A stretch of DNA of 64,000 nt from Camelus ferus (taxonomy: Eukaryota): NCBI RefSeq assembly GCF_009834535.1, contig NC_045696.1, positions 106,146,001 to 106,210,000 on the forward strand. The letters run 5' to 3'. The stretch's first letter is position 1, and each line of letters opens with the position of its first letter. The notes under the pieces were generated by a model. It ran no database searches. It saw only the letters and a program-made list of their open reading frames with translations, and had not been told where the DNA came from. Positions 48,520 through 61,871 of this stretch are shown one piece after another. Position numbers and translations under genes: made by a program.

Positions 48520-50545
48520 AAAACTAGGAATCTAGTATATTTAAAAATATGATCATTCAGAATTAAAAAACAAAACAATTCAATCGGGAGTTGAAAATCA
48601 AAAGGGACCCTCTAGGAAGGAAAAGATAGTCATTTCAGACTTTGATGGCCTTAGAAATTATATTATCCATGCTTTCTAAAAGAATTCTTGGAGGATATAC
48701 TCCAGTAAAGTGAAAATTAGATCCATGAAAGATAAAGGTGAGCAATGTTATAAACAGTGGGAAGCGGCAGACAAAGGAAACAGCAAAACCTCAGACGTAA
48801 GTTTAAATAGATATTGTAACACAATTTGAAGAAAATGAAGGACATTTTAGAACTAAAATCTGTGCTGATCCATATGTGATGGTATGAGCTGAGAAAAAAA
48901 TTAGTTATTACTAAAGTTCTTGCCTCATTTAGGAAGAGTCTAAAGACACTGATTTCATCCAGATGTTGACAGAAAAAGACAAGTATACACACACGTATGT
49001 ACACAGAACAACCCCTGGAAAAAAAACCTCAAAACTCCTTAATCATTAAACAAAAACAGAACAAAGTAAATGGGACCAATCCAATGGAAGGCAAAAATAA
49101 ACTCTATAAAAATAAGAAAGTTTACAAAGCAGGCATGAAATAAGATGGCAGAAATAAGTCTGACGAACAACAGTAAATGCAAATGGGTTAAATTTACCTA
49201 TTAAAAGGAGATACTCAGCACAAAATCCATTTGCTACTATAAAAAGCGCATATAAAACAAAATGACACAGAAAGAATGAAAAATGAAAGGATAAAAAAGG
49301 ATATTCCAGCCACATGTACCCACAAAACAGAATTCAAGGCTACGGCATCCAACAGAACAAAACAGGGTATTTATAATGGGAAAAAGCACAAGATCAAGAA
49401 ATGCCAAAGTCATGAGTTACAAGCATATAAAGATGTTACCTAAAAATATGTATGTGTAAAAAACTGATTTTTTAAAACGGTCGGAATTGACAAACTCCAG
49501 ACTCACTGTGGGAGAATTGAACAGTCCTTAAAGATGGAATAGGTGGCTCCCCAAAAGTAATGATTTATCATTAAATAATACAATTCACAAATGTAATCGG
49601 AGAAACAGAACAAACTTTATATACAAAACATAAGTATTTTCAATCACACGTGAAACAGTCAAAAAAATTGGCCACATATTAGGCCATAAATATTTTGACA
49701 AATTCCCGAAAGCAGAAGTCATACGAGCCTTCTTTACCTATAATGTAATAAGATCAGAAGTGAATGGAAACATGAGTATAACAGAAACTATCCACTTGAA
49801 AGCCTAAAAAGCTATAGTGCTCCCTAATTCTCCAGTTAAAGAGAAAAGCAAAGAAATTACAATTTACAGCTGTACAACAATAAACAATAATATAACCCTC
49901 TGGTTTGAGGCCAAAGAGGTACTCAGAGGAAAATTACAGCTTTAAATGTACTTCAGGAAACAAGAGAAGACTGAAAATCAACTAAGCTTTAAATTAAGAG
50001 GCTAGAGAAGAAAAAATAAAACCAAAGAAAGAAGAAATCAATAAAAGTAGAAATTAAGAAAATGGGAAGAAGGAAAAAGTAGTTGATATCTAAGAATCAA
50101 AAGCTCATTCTGTGAAAAGACCAAAGGGAAAAAAAAAAAAAAACAACCCAACTAAGCAAAAAAAAAAAAAAAAAAAAAAAAACCCCAAAATCTTTAGAAA
50201 TTCTTACCAGAGAAGAAAAGACATTTAGGATGAGAAAAGGCCTATGACTATGGATATGGATAAATATTGTGAGAGAAAACTACAGTTTTATAGCAATACA
50301 TTTTCAACTCTTGACGAAATGGATGATTTAAGCAACTATAAAGGAACAACAAAAAAAACTGGCTCAAGAAAATATCTGAAATTGAAACAGGCCAGTAATT
50401 ACCAATGAGATTGAAGAGACAAAACTATCCCACGAGCAGCTCAAAGCTAATCTTGTAACCTACAAATGGTTCCAGCACAAGGAGAACAGAGGAACTGTCT
50501 AGCTCATTGTAAGATCCTAGCATAATCCTAATCATCACCTGGACA
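48520..50545 (+). mobile_element. Old, heavily degraded L1 (ORF1 end to ORF2), antisense to MRAS
   Basis: A-rich block; aaatgcaaatgggttaaatttacctattaaaagg, attggccacatattaggccataaa, gtactcagaggaaaattacagctttaaatg. Confidence 0.75.
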
Positions 50546-53500
50546 GGAATAGCACGTGGGGGTGTGGTGACTTCCAGGCCCGCCCCACCTTTGGGGGACA
50601 GAAGCAGCCTGCATGTGGGACCCTAAGAGGTATAGTCATCCCTTTGCCCATTATTGTCTCAGCACTTACTCAGCTACCCCTCTGCTACCTGGGACTTTGG
50701 ACGGTTAAAGAATAAGATGCATCTCCCTATCAAGGCACTTAAGAGGCTAGTTAGGCTGATACTTAAAGAAAAATAACAACACAGGACAGACAGTGACTCG
50801 TACTATCGGACATCTAGAGAAGGGGTGGGGTCCCTTCAGCTTGGAGGGATAATGGGAGGTTCTGGCGAAGAGAGGACATTTCTCCTGCCCTTCATGGAAG
50901 AAGAGAAATTGACATTTCTCTGGACTTCCAGACAGAGAAACAGCAGAAGCAAGGGCCTGGAGGAAGGAAAGGAGAGCAGCGAGGAGTCTGGTGAGCTGGG
51001 GACAAAGGTCCATGCTAGGAAGATGCAGGAGGAAGAGGAGGCAGGGGGAACAGAGGCTGAGAACTTGGAGTCTGAACTAAAATGTCTGCATTTGGTGGAC
51101 ACTGGGGAGCTACTGAAGGTTCAGAGAGGGAAGAGGTGTAGTCGGAGGAGAGTGAGTTTGGCAGCCAAAGAGGGAGGGGACTGAAAAAGCACCCTTGTGA
51201 AGAGGTGGAGGAGGGACCTGGGCAGAGGTGACCAGGGCATAAGCGAAGGTAGTGTGTTTTGGAAGGAGAGGAAAGAATGAATGGGGACACCTGGGGACAC
51301 AGGAATGTAGGGAATGGGGGCCAAGAGGAGAGAGGAGAGTTGAGGACACCTTGGAAATTCCAAACCCTGGGCCCCAGGAGGGCAGTGCAACCAGGGAGGA
51401 GGTGGGAGCTGAGCTGGGCCTGGTCTGGTTTGGGGCCTATCCCTTCCCAGCCCTCCCCTCCACACATACACCAGGAAACACCTGGTCACAGGCCCCCTGT
51501 CAGTGGCTCTGCCTCCAAGATTTCCTAGGGGGTGGGTTGAAGAAAATGGGCAGCTCTGCTTAAAAAAAAACATGATTCTGCCCACATCCCCCATGCCTGA
51601 TGTGAAGGCAGGAGGACTCCTGAGACAGAAAGTATTAGTCACTGCGAGAGGTGTCCTGCCAGTGTGTGTGCATGCGTGCGCGTGTGTGTGTGACAGAGAC
51701 TGACACAAACCCAGAGACAGACAGGGCAGCCAGACTTAAGTGGAAACCCCGGGCTGCTCTTGGATCTTGTGGATTCCAGAAGCCAAGCCTGCATGCTGGC
51801 GTGGATGGGGCCCCAGGCAGGCAGCCAGCGTGGAGGCAGCACCAGCCCGGGTCCCTCCTGAGCCCTCCTCCCCTCCCTTTCCCTTCTTTCCTTCTCCACC
51901 AGGGATCCCAGAGGGAGGCAAACCCTGGCAAGGGGTCTGGGGACTCTGACATTGGCTCGCAGCCCAGGATACAGTCTGAGCTCTTTGGCCAAAAGGAGTC
52001 CTGCCCACCGTGTTCCTACTGGCAGCACACACTGTGCTGGGGCTTCATACACACGCATCCTTGCTGTCCTCTTTACGGCCTCGTAAGGAAGGTATTACTG
52101 TACCCCTAGTACAGATTAGAAAACTGAGGACCAGGGAGTTAAAGGGATCTGCTCAAGGCCACACACTGTGGCGGAGGGCACTTCAATTGCCTTAGCTCGT
52201 CCAGGCTGTTTACTTCAACCAGAGGATATCTGGCTGGGCTGTGCCTTGGTTCCAGGCCTTTGCCCAAGGCATGACCTCCAACTATAATGCCCTCTCCTCC
52301 GGGGTTCCCCTCTGCCCTCCAGCAGGGCTGTAGCCCCCCTCCTCTCCTGAGCTCCCTAGCCTCTGACCTTATCTCTGAATCATTCCCATTGTGCGTGGTG
52401 TGGGTGGGTTCCTCCAAGCCTGTGCCTCTAGGCCCAGCTCAGCTCCCCACCAGGCGGTGGAGCCCCAGAGGGTGGGAGTCTAGCTTTGACTCCCTGGGTC
52501 CCCCAAAAGCTTCAGCACCCAACAAGCGTTTATCAAATACTTGCAGAATGACTGGACAGACCACACGTACGCTACAGGAAATGTAGTTACTGGGTTCAGA
52601 CAGCCCACGCCAGCTGTAGGGGAAGCTACTAAAAACTGACTTTTAAAGTCCTGTAACTCACCCATCAGGGTGAAGTAAGGGTTCTGGAATATGAAACAAG
52701 AGAGATGATCATTTCTAGAGACAATATGCCTCCAACGACCATGCCTGGTGTTTTCTATACCTGCTCCCAACCACAGGCCCCCCATGGGAGGCAGGAGCGA
52801 CGGCGCCCATTTCACACGACAGTTAGGGAGCAAAGCCGGTGCTCCTCCTAGGAAAAGACTCAAATTTTAAAAATGCCACCTAGCTGAGGATCAATAGTAA
52901 TGAGGGCTCCCTTTTCTAGGTGAGGGTGTGGATGGGATAGTCTGGGTGCTGGGCAGAGGGCAGGATGCACTGACCATGCACTGGTCCCAGAAAAAGGGAT
53001 GCTTTCTCCTTCTGGGACCGCTGGCCCAGTGCAGGGAGCCAGGCCGCTGGGCACTCTCTAAGGGGGAGGGGGCTAAGGTCCCGTGGCGGAGCCAGCTGGC
53101 TCTCTGGCAATTCCCTCTGGCAGCGGCCCCAGCCTTGACTTGCTGACTTCAAGACACTTCAGGGGAGAAGTGCTGGCCACCAGCCCAAGGGGACGCTAGT
53201 TCTCGAGGTCACACTACTGCAGCTGGGGTTGGGGGGAGGCGCTCTTGGGATATGTTTCCATGAGGCCCACAGATCCCCTGACTTGATGGATGCACATTAC
53301 ATGTGTGGGTGCACATCCTTTCAGGGAGATGGTCTGTGGTTTTGGGGGATACTTAGAGAAGCCCGGTCCTGCCCCCACCACAATGTCACTCTTAGGGACG
53401 GAAGAGAAGAAACAGGAAGGAGCAGCAAGGGGTCTCACCTGTGTAACCGGGAACCCAGGAGCATTCAAGAGACAGATGGGGGCCTGGGAAGGGCCTGGCA

Positions 53501-54359
53501 ATGGGGAGGAACAGGGAGGGAAGCAGTGGCCAGTGACCCCATTTCCACCTCACAACCCCTGGGGCAGGGGGAGCATTTTTCATGGGAAGAAACTGAGGCA
53601 GGGCAGGCTTGTGACCTGCTCAGGCTCCTACAGCTAGTGGCCAGCAGAGGCACGATTTGAACCCAAGTGTGTCTGGGTCCTGGCCTGTCCCTGAGTGGGG
53701 ATTCAGCCGCAATGTCCCCAAGGCCCGTGAAGAGAGGGGGTGAGGACAGAACATCTGAGGTGTGCAGAGCTGGAAGACAAAGGCCCGGAGGCTATGCCTC
53801 CTACTCCCACCCCTACCTGGTTACCCCAAATCCTCCACCTCCTCCACCCCTGCCCCTGGGCAGCCACGTGGAACTAGGAGGAGACAGCTCGGCTGTGCTG
53901 GCCTGGCTTCCTTCAAAGTCCTGAGCACTCTCTCCCAGGGCAACCTTAGAGCACCCGACAGATCTAAACACACTGTACCCAGTCACTTCCCTCCAGGGCC
54001 ACCGTCTCCCACCACCGCCCTGCCTCCAGCCTGCACTCCCAGCTCTGGATCTGAAACAGATCATCAGGCAAGAAACTCCACAAGCCTCCAAGTCCACCTG
54101 CTTCAGAGCCAGGGAAGCCCCGTACACCGCAGGTGAGGGAGGGAGAGCTGTCTGGCAGCTCCCAAAGTGTGAAACAGACACCACACGGCCCGGCAATCCC
54201 ACTCCCAGGGATGGACCCAAGAGACGTGAAAACACACGTCTGCACAAAAACTCGCACACGAATGTCCACAGCAGCATTATTCATAACAGCCCAAAGTGGA
54301 AACAACCCAAATGCCCACTGACTGATGACTGGATAATCACAATGTGGCCTCTCCATAAA

Positions 54360-55245
54360 CAGCCGACCCTTGAACAGCACAGGTTTGAACTTGCAGGTCC
54401 ATTTGTACGGGACTTTTTTCAATACCCACACAAAAATATACGTGTGAAATCTTGTGTGCAAGACTTGCACTGATGCAAATGGACTCTCCTTACATTAGGC
54501 ATAAAGTGAGTGATATTTAAATTTAATAATGTGTTCGTTTTCTTACTGTTTCATAACTTTGCTTTCAAAGAATTACCCTACAGCACACCTCTCTCTCTCT
54601 AGTAACTGGAGAAAATGTGTATCGGTCTATCATCACAAGAAAGTGGTTTTTAAAAACATGTAATAGTGTTTCCAATACTGTACCGTGAATATGACTATAA
54701 TACTGTACATCATAAAAATCTTTTAATGATTCATTCATTAGTTTATAGGCTGGGCTACCACGAAGCAACCACATCACTTACTGACAAATGAATCATTGTA
54801 CCTGTGCATAAATATTAATTACTTTTTCATATTGTCCTTTCATTTTGATGTCTAGTGTTAGTAACACATATAATAACATTTACAGTGTCTTGTATCCCAT
54901 AAGACAATATTGATGTAGGCACTAACAGAGAGACCATTCATCTTGTAAAAGATGACATAAATTTATGGTATTGATAAATACACTACAGTCCAGTGAATGT
55001 ATTTTCTCTTCCTTATGATTTGCTTAATAACATTTTTTCTTCAATAGCTTTCTTTATAAAGAACACAGTATATAATACACATAACACACAAAATCTGTGT
55101 TAATCACCTTTATGTTATCGATAAGGCTTCAGTCAACAGTAGGATACCCGTAGCTACGTTTTGAGAGGGTCAAAAGTTATATGCAGATTCTTGACTGCGT
55201 GGGGGTCGGCATCCTCAACCCCCAACATTGTTCAAGCATCAACTG
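54360..55245. mobile_element. Tigger2-family (TcMar) non-autonomous DNA transposon
   Basis: TIRs cagccgacccttgaaca... and ...tgttcaagcatcaactg; internal taacattttttcttcaatagctttcttta and ggtcaaaagttatatgcagatt. Confidence 0.8.
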
Positions 55246-55628
55246 CACTAGAATATGATTCACACATAAAAAGGAATGACATCCTGACACACGCTACGAC
55301 ATGGATGAACCTTGAAAGCACTGTGCTAAGTGAAAGAAGCCAGGCACAAAGGCACATATTATATGAGTCCATTTACAGGAAATGTCCAGGCCAGGCAAAT
55401 CCATAAAGGCAGAAAGCAGATGAGTGGTTCAGGGACTGGGTGGAGGGGAGAGTGGCAGAATGACTGCTAACAGGCGTGAGTTTTTTGGAGGGTGAGGAAA
55501 ATGTAGAGGATTAGACAGTGGTGATTCCAGTAATTGCTGATTTGTGACTCAGTAGGCAATTTGTGATCGCACAACGTTGTGTGTGTACTATCAGCCCCTG
55601 AACTGTACACTTTAAAAGGAGGGAATTT

Positions 55629-55722
55629 GAGGGGAGGGTACAGCTCAGTGGTAGAGTGTGTGCTTAGCATGCGTGAAGTCCTGGGTTCAATCCCCAGTAC
55701 CTCTATTAAAAATTTTTTTTTT
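55629..55722 (+). mobile_element. tRNA-Ala-derived camelid SINE (vic-1-like)
   Basis: ggggagggtacagctcagtggtagagtgtgtgcttagcatgcgtgaagtcctgggttcaatccccagtacctc; A box and B box intact. Confidence 0.88.
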
Positions 55723-55829
55723 AAAAAAGAGGGGGAGATTTTACATGTGAATTATATCTCAATTAAGAAAAATTGTACGAAGGAAAAAAAATGCACCTCC
55801 CTTCTGTGAGACACATGCTCCACCTGCCT

Positions 55830-57428
55830 CTCTGCAGTGGATGACTGGGTCTGCTTCTGTCCAAGACCTGTCCCCTCCTGCTGTGCCCTGGATTCTGTCC
55901 CCATCACCAGTGCAAGGACGCTGCTGCTATTTTGTCCCCTCCTCCTCCTGCAGCTTCCATTTCTCTCTCTATTGGTTCATTTCCATCAGTATATAAATGT
56001 GGCAAAACTTCTCTCATCTTAAAAAACAAGCAAATAAAAATAAAGTCCCAAAAGTTAAAAATAAAAACCCTCCCCCCCTTGACCTCACATCTTCCAGCTA
56101 CTGTCCATTTCTTTGGTCCTCTTCACAGCCACGCTCCTTGACTTGTCTGTCCTCACTGCCTGCCCTTCCCTCCTCTCCTCCACTCTCTCTCGAACCCACT
56201 GTAATCAGACCACTCTATTAAAGCTGATCTTGTCAAGTCACTAAATCAGCGGGGACTTGGCAGTCCTCATCCCACAGGCCACTGGCCAGCATCTGATGTG
56301 CTCGACGGCTCCTGCCCTTTTGAAGAGACTTCTGCACTCGGCGTTGGGATCTCTTCTCCCACCACAGAGACTGGTCCTGCTCTGATCCTAGTCACCCTCT
56401 GAACACCGGTGGGTCCCCATGCTCTGTGCTGGGACCCCTTCTCTCACCATGTTCCCTTCCTCAGAGAGCTCTTGTCTCATGGCTTTTCACGGTGACTCCC
56501 ACATTTCCAACTCCAGGCTGCACATCTCCCCTGACTCCAGACTCAGACACCCAGCTGCTGGCTTGACTTCTATCTGTATGTGTGAAAAGCATCCATATTT
56601 AATGGGTCCAGAATTACACTCTTGATTTTCCCCTTAGACTTGCTTTTCCCAGTCTTCATCATCTTGATAAACAGAACTTTATTCTACCAGTTGTCCAGGC
56701 CAAAGCCTCTTCTCTCTCTTACCCCGACCCCTTCCCACATACTCCATCAACAAAATCTGCTGTTTTCTCCTTAAAATACATCCAAGATCTAACTCCTTCT
56801 CACTACCTCCTTTACCGGTGCCCTAGTCACCATCAGGAGCCTCTTATCTGGTCTCCCTAGATCTGCCCTGGTTCCCCTGTGGTCCACACCACAGCCAGAG
56901 CGACCCTTTTAAACATCAGTCAGACCACTTTCCTCCTCTGTTCAAAACCCTCCAATGACTTCCTATTTCTCTCCAAGGCCCTAGAAGATGACTGCCCCCA
57001 GCTATCTCACTTCCACTCTCTCACTTCCTCTGCGCCTTGGCCCCCTAACTGTTCCCCAGACAGACCACCCACACCCCTGTCTCAGGGCCTTTGCACCTGA
57101 TTCTCTGGCCAAGACTCTCTTCCCCCAGGTACAGAAACAGCTTTGTCCTTTAGGTCTCTGTTCTGACATCACCTTACCAGGAAGGCTATCCCTGATCAGT
57201 GTAGATAAGATAGCAACCTCTTCCTCCCCGTCTGTTTCCTCTACCTTGCTGTATTCTTCTTCACAGCAGTTATCACTGCCTGACACATCACGTAGTTGTT
57301 TATGCTCTGTCTCCCCATTCTACCAGAAGTTTCATGAGAGCAGGGACTTGACTTTGACAACTGCTGTACCTTCAAGGCCCAAAAGAGAACCAGGTACCCA
57401 GCAGTATTTACAGAATGAACTAATGAAC
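55830..57428 (+). mobile_element. L2 LINE 3' region
   Basis: ctccctgactccagactc-type motif, ccacaccacagccagagcgacccttttaaa, ctcagggcctttgcacctg, tail gaatgaactaatgaa. Confidence 0.75.
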
Positions 57429-57575
57429 ACACCCACATACATAAATCTCGGGGACCAATCCACACATCACTGGAGGGGAGGGGTGACAGCTCCAAGTCCA
57501 GGGTCAAGCCTACTCTGGACGTCCCCAGGTGGGGCAGATGGGTCAACGGCTCATCTGCACAGGCAACAGGACCTC

Positions 57576-57659
57576 TTTTTTTTAACGGAGGAACTGGGGA
57601 TTGAACCCAGGACCTTGTGCATGCTAAGCATGTGCTCGATCACTGAGCTATACCCATCC
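57576..57659 (-). mobile_element. tRNA-Ala-derived camelid SINE (vic-1-like)
   Basis: Minus strand ggatgggtatagctcagtgatcgagcacatgcttagcatgcacaaggtcctgggttcaatccccagttcctccgttaaaaaaaa. Confidence 0.85.
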
Positions 57660-60600
57660 TGCTGATGGGACCTAATCTTGAAAGCACCAAGCCACCCTCC
57701 TAAATAGTAATATAAATCATATTAGAACAATCCTAACAACAAGATCATCTGCTGAGGCTGACTCTGCTAAGCTTCACATGGTGCTGGATTCCCTCACTCA
57801 CTCAAGAACAGTAACTAAGCCGCTGGCACCAAAGATACAATGATGGACAAAGCCTCTCTCCTCAAGGAGCTTACAAGTTATAATGTTTCACTTATTCTTT
57901 GCAATAATGATGAGGCTATATCCCATTTGGGACACAGACCCCACCAATGAGGGCACGTGGTCTCGGTCCAGAGACACCCCTAGTCACTTGGACCTGGGGC
58001 CTGGAGCTGGTAGCATCACCCAACACAAGGACAGACAGGTGAGACTGCAAACCTACTGACTGGGCTGAAATCAGGGCAAAACCCAAAATTAACTGCAGAA
58101 GTATAGGACCTGGTTGTCAGCAGAGTGAGTAAGAAGAAAGCCACGGGCAGTTTACGGTGCCGACAAGCTCAGGATGACCCCGGCTGTGTTGTGACTTTGG
58201 AGGGTGCATGATGCACTGGTACTTTCATTACTCAGCCCTGCTGAGCTGACTCCAGATCACTGGCCGATGGCCGCTCCCTCAGCTCCCAGGCTGGCTAGTG
58301 GACCAAGGTGAGCACAGAGCAAGATATCCTCGGCTTTGGGATGAGAGGGACTGGAGTGTTACTCAGCTGTGTGACCTTGGATATGTTATTTCACCTCTCT
58401 GAGTCTTAGTTCCCACGCCTGCAGGGGCCTGACCAATCCAAGGGCTGCTGGACAGGTGCGGGAGCAGGAGGGCTGGGTTCTTGGGGCAGGGCTCTTGGGG
58501 GGACAGGGTGGCAGTGAGGCAGCAATTTTCCAGTGGCACAGAAGTATCTCACCATTTTAGCCCCAGTCCAGTAACACTGGTACGTACCAGCTGAGGAGCA
58601 GCCGTACTCACCTGCAGAGGGAAGACACTGATCTCCACTGAGCAGAACTGCTACAAGGATGAAAGAGAACAATCCCTGTGAAGCCCTTAGCACAGGGTCT
58701 GGCCTTCGAGAAAAGTTAGCAGTAACCTCTAACATTGCTGAGGGCAGAGGGGCAGTAGGAAAAGTGGGTCTGGGAGGCAGAGCTGGTCTCAGTGTAAGGA
58801 CGGGCTTTGTACAGGCCAGCACTGCCCCAGGCACCTTGGAGATCAGTGAGCTCCCCGTTACTGGAAGCACTCAAGCAGCGATGGCTGCTGGGACCAAGAT
58901 AAAAGGTCAGGCAGAGGCTTCAGGGGCTGGGTTGCATATTCTCAGGCCAGAGGCCACACTCCCTCATAAAGGAAAAGAAAGAGGGAAACTCCTCCCATGT
59001 CACTGTCTGCAGGAAAAGGGAAGGACGGGAGAGAGGCTGGCCAGCTTGCCTGCACCCCCTCTTTGGGGCCACGGGAAAGGGCCTACTCTGAAGTTGGCCT
59101 AAGGGCTGCTGAGCATACAGCCCACCGTGTGAAGCCCCCAGCTCAGAGAAGAACTCTCAGTAAGTGTTCCTGTCCTCTCGCTGCCCTCCCTGAGTCCCTC
59201 TCCACTCCTCTTCCCCAGAGAGAATGTGGATTCAAGTTCGGGGAAAAGCCAGTCCAGGCCCCTCTGTGAAGACAACAGCACTTGTGTCTGCCATTTGGGC
59301 AGAAGCCAGGGTGGAAACATCCCAGCTTCTGAGGGTGCAGGAGGGGAGCAAAGGCTTTTGCTCTTTGCAGAGACTGAGCCCTTACGGGGCATAGAGTGGC
59401 TGCAGAGCGGGACCCGAGAGCCCCTAGGTGGGAAGCGGCGTCCATCTGTTGATGGAGGAAAGATGCAAGCTTGCAGAGACCGGCTAGGCAGAGGGTGCGG
59501 CTGGCAGCCATAGGAGTGGGGAGGCCCAGGGTGTCAGTGGGCAGAGGACCTGGTCAACCTATCCTGCAGGCCTGAGGCTTGGGCCAGAGGAGGAGGCAGG
59601 CTGACAGGAGGGGCCGTGTTTGGTCAAGTCAGGAGGCCTGGGCCTGGCTCCACCTCTAGCTGGGCCTGACCCTGGCAAGTCACTTCTCCACGTGCACTGC
59701 AGTTTCCTCGGGTGTAGAGTGAGGGGGCTGATACCATGGAGCTCAGGAGCCTTCTGGCTCAAGCTTACAGAAAAAAACAGGCATGCAAGAACTCCAAGAC
59801 GAAACAAGTGAAAGCAGAGACTGGAGCAGATATCTGTGTGCTCATGTGCACAGAGAAGGCCTCCTTGAGCAAGCTTAAGCATCTCTGCTCTGAGATTCAG
59901 CCCAGAACTGGAGCCCCTGGCCTCCTGAAGACCTCGGGTGAGAAGCCAGAGGGACAGGGGACTGTGTCGTTGATCCTGCTAATCCAGGCCACGCCCACTC
60001 CTCCCTGGGATTTCAACTCCATCCTCAGAGGCACAGGGATCACTGCACAAGGAGGGAGAAGGTCTTCCCAACTGGCCAGACCCATGGAGAGTACAGAAGA
60101 CAAGGGAGCTGAAATCACTGCTAGCTGTGTGAAACTCTGAGCTTTACTTCTAGAGAGGTACAGGCCTCCCACACGGTAACTGCCCAACACATATCGTGAT
60201 TGCTTCCTCCTCTTCATCATCATTATCAAGCTGCCATGTATTTGTTCTCTCTGAGTTTGGAAGAAGAGAAACCCCAGAGTTCAGAGCACTTGGCAGGCGT
60301 CCCAGGCTTAGCACCTCGCCCAGGATGCTGCGGCCTCCAGAGAAGCCAGATGTCAGGGAAAGTCCCGTCCATCCCAGGGCTGCAAACCACCCCAGAGGAG
60401 TTCAGCCCCAGTAGGGGTCAGAGTTACACCCAAGCCTAAATACAACCAGCCTTTGATTAAAGTTCCCCAAATATGGGACATCTTTTTAAATGCCAGCTAA
60501 TTAGTATTTAGCTATAATGCTCTAAGTCTTCCTTTTCTTAATACAAGACCTAACTGAGTGGGGAAGTGTGCTAATCTGGGAATCCAGCATCTACTCCCGA

Positions 60601-61284
60601 GGTGGGCCTGGAAGGGTGATGCCCTAAATCAGGCCTGATTCTGGTGGCAGGTTCAGAGGCGCAGCACCTCGGGGGAGCCCGGGAGCTTCAGAACACAAGC
60701 TCTGCAGATTCGCGCTTATAAAGTGGTGCCAAGGCCAGGCTCCCCTCCCTGCCTCCACGGTGATCAGCGTTACCCCTAAATCTTCCTAACACCACTTAAG
60801 GAAAAAAAAAAAAAACTTCTTTTTAGAAACAAGTTTGGATACTCTAATACCCAAAGTTACTTTTAAAAAGTTAGAGAGGTTAACATGGATGTAGAGAGAA
60901 AGAATACTTACTGAGCTCCAGCGATGTACCAGGCATGATGATACTCTCTTACATGCATTATGCAGTGTTTTTCAGAATGTTTTCTATAGAAATAGCTCAG
61001 AATGATGTGCAAAAATGGTCCTTTGAGAAACCCTAAGGATCATATATCCTTTTAATATATTTCCAACAGCTGTTTGTATATTGAAGGTTCTTTCAAGGCC
61101 TGCAGTAAAGAAACTGCCTATATTTCTGTAACTCAGTTTATCTTATAGTGCATGCATGAGATGATTTTAGAAAGTGAGTAAACGTTAAGTTTTTAACTTT
61201 AATTGTTATGCATATTTTGACGTGAGTTAGCAAATAATATAGTGAGCACATCAAAGCTGTGGTTGCACATATACAGTTCAGGAC

Positions 61285-61700
61285 TCACTTATTCATTCAT
61301 TCCACAGACATGTACTGAGGACCTACTGTGAGCCCAGCAGTATTCTAGATGCTGATGATAGGGCAGTAAATAAAATAAAGTCTCTGCTCTCATAAATTTA
61401 TATTTTAGTGGGGAGTGACAACCACTCAAACAAATAAAACACACTGAACACATATAAATTTATGTTCAACAGTAAAACGTAGAGTAAAGACAAAGAGTTG
61501 GGCAGAGGGACAGAAGTGACAGGGGCGGAGTGGGTACTAGTGGAGGGAAGACATCTAAGACAAAAGGACACCTGAATGGAGACTGAAACAAAAGAGACTG
61601 TATTTCTGCAGGAAGAATGTGCTCGGCAGAAAAAACACCAAATACAAATTCCTGAAGTGGGAATGTGCTTGGTACCTGGTGGAACTCTTCCAAGTTCCAG
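61285..61700 (-). mobile_element. L2 3' end
   Basis: attcattcattccacagacatgtactgaggacctactgtgagcccagc...agtctctgctctcata. Confidence 0.7.
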
Positions 61701-61871
61701 GGCTGCAGACAAGCCCTGAAGGATGATGCTTTTTTTTTTACAAGCCCTGAAGGATGGCACTTTAAAAAATTAAGATGTAATTCAAATGCCATAATGCTTT
61801 CCCTTGTAAAGTGTACAAGTCAGTGTTTTTTAGTATTTACACAAAGTTGTTCTCTTTTTTCAGAGTGATGA

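Larger units (their letters stand above)
54150..55780 (+). mobile_element. L1 (L1MB-like) 3' end, interrupted by a Tigger2-family element and a SINE
   Basis: ORF 54133-54321 (PAIPLPGMDPRDVKTHVCTKTRTRMSTAALFITAQSGNNPN). Resumes at 55246 with aaaaggaatgac...catggatgaaccttgaaa...gctaagtgaaagaagccag. Confidence 0.8.

Noticed and set aside
52511..52527. REST/NRSE site (ttcagcacc...)
   Set aside because: Only the left half-site is present; GGACAG is missing at the canonical spacing.
55629..55705. Functional tRNA-Ala genes (also 28101, 33216, 41572, 57576)
   Set aside because: Diverged copies with A-rich tails and, in most cases, TSD-like flanks; these are SINEs.
56988..57665. 225-aa ORF
   Set aside because: Runs through an L2 relic and an antisense SINE; no recognisable domain.
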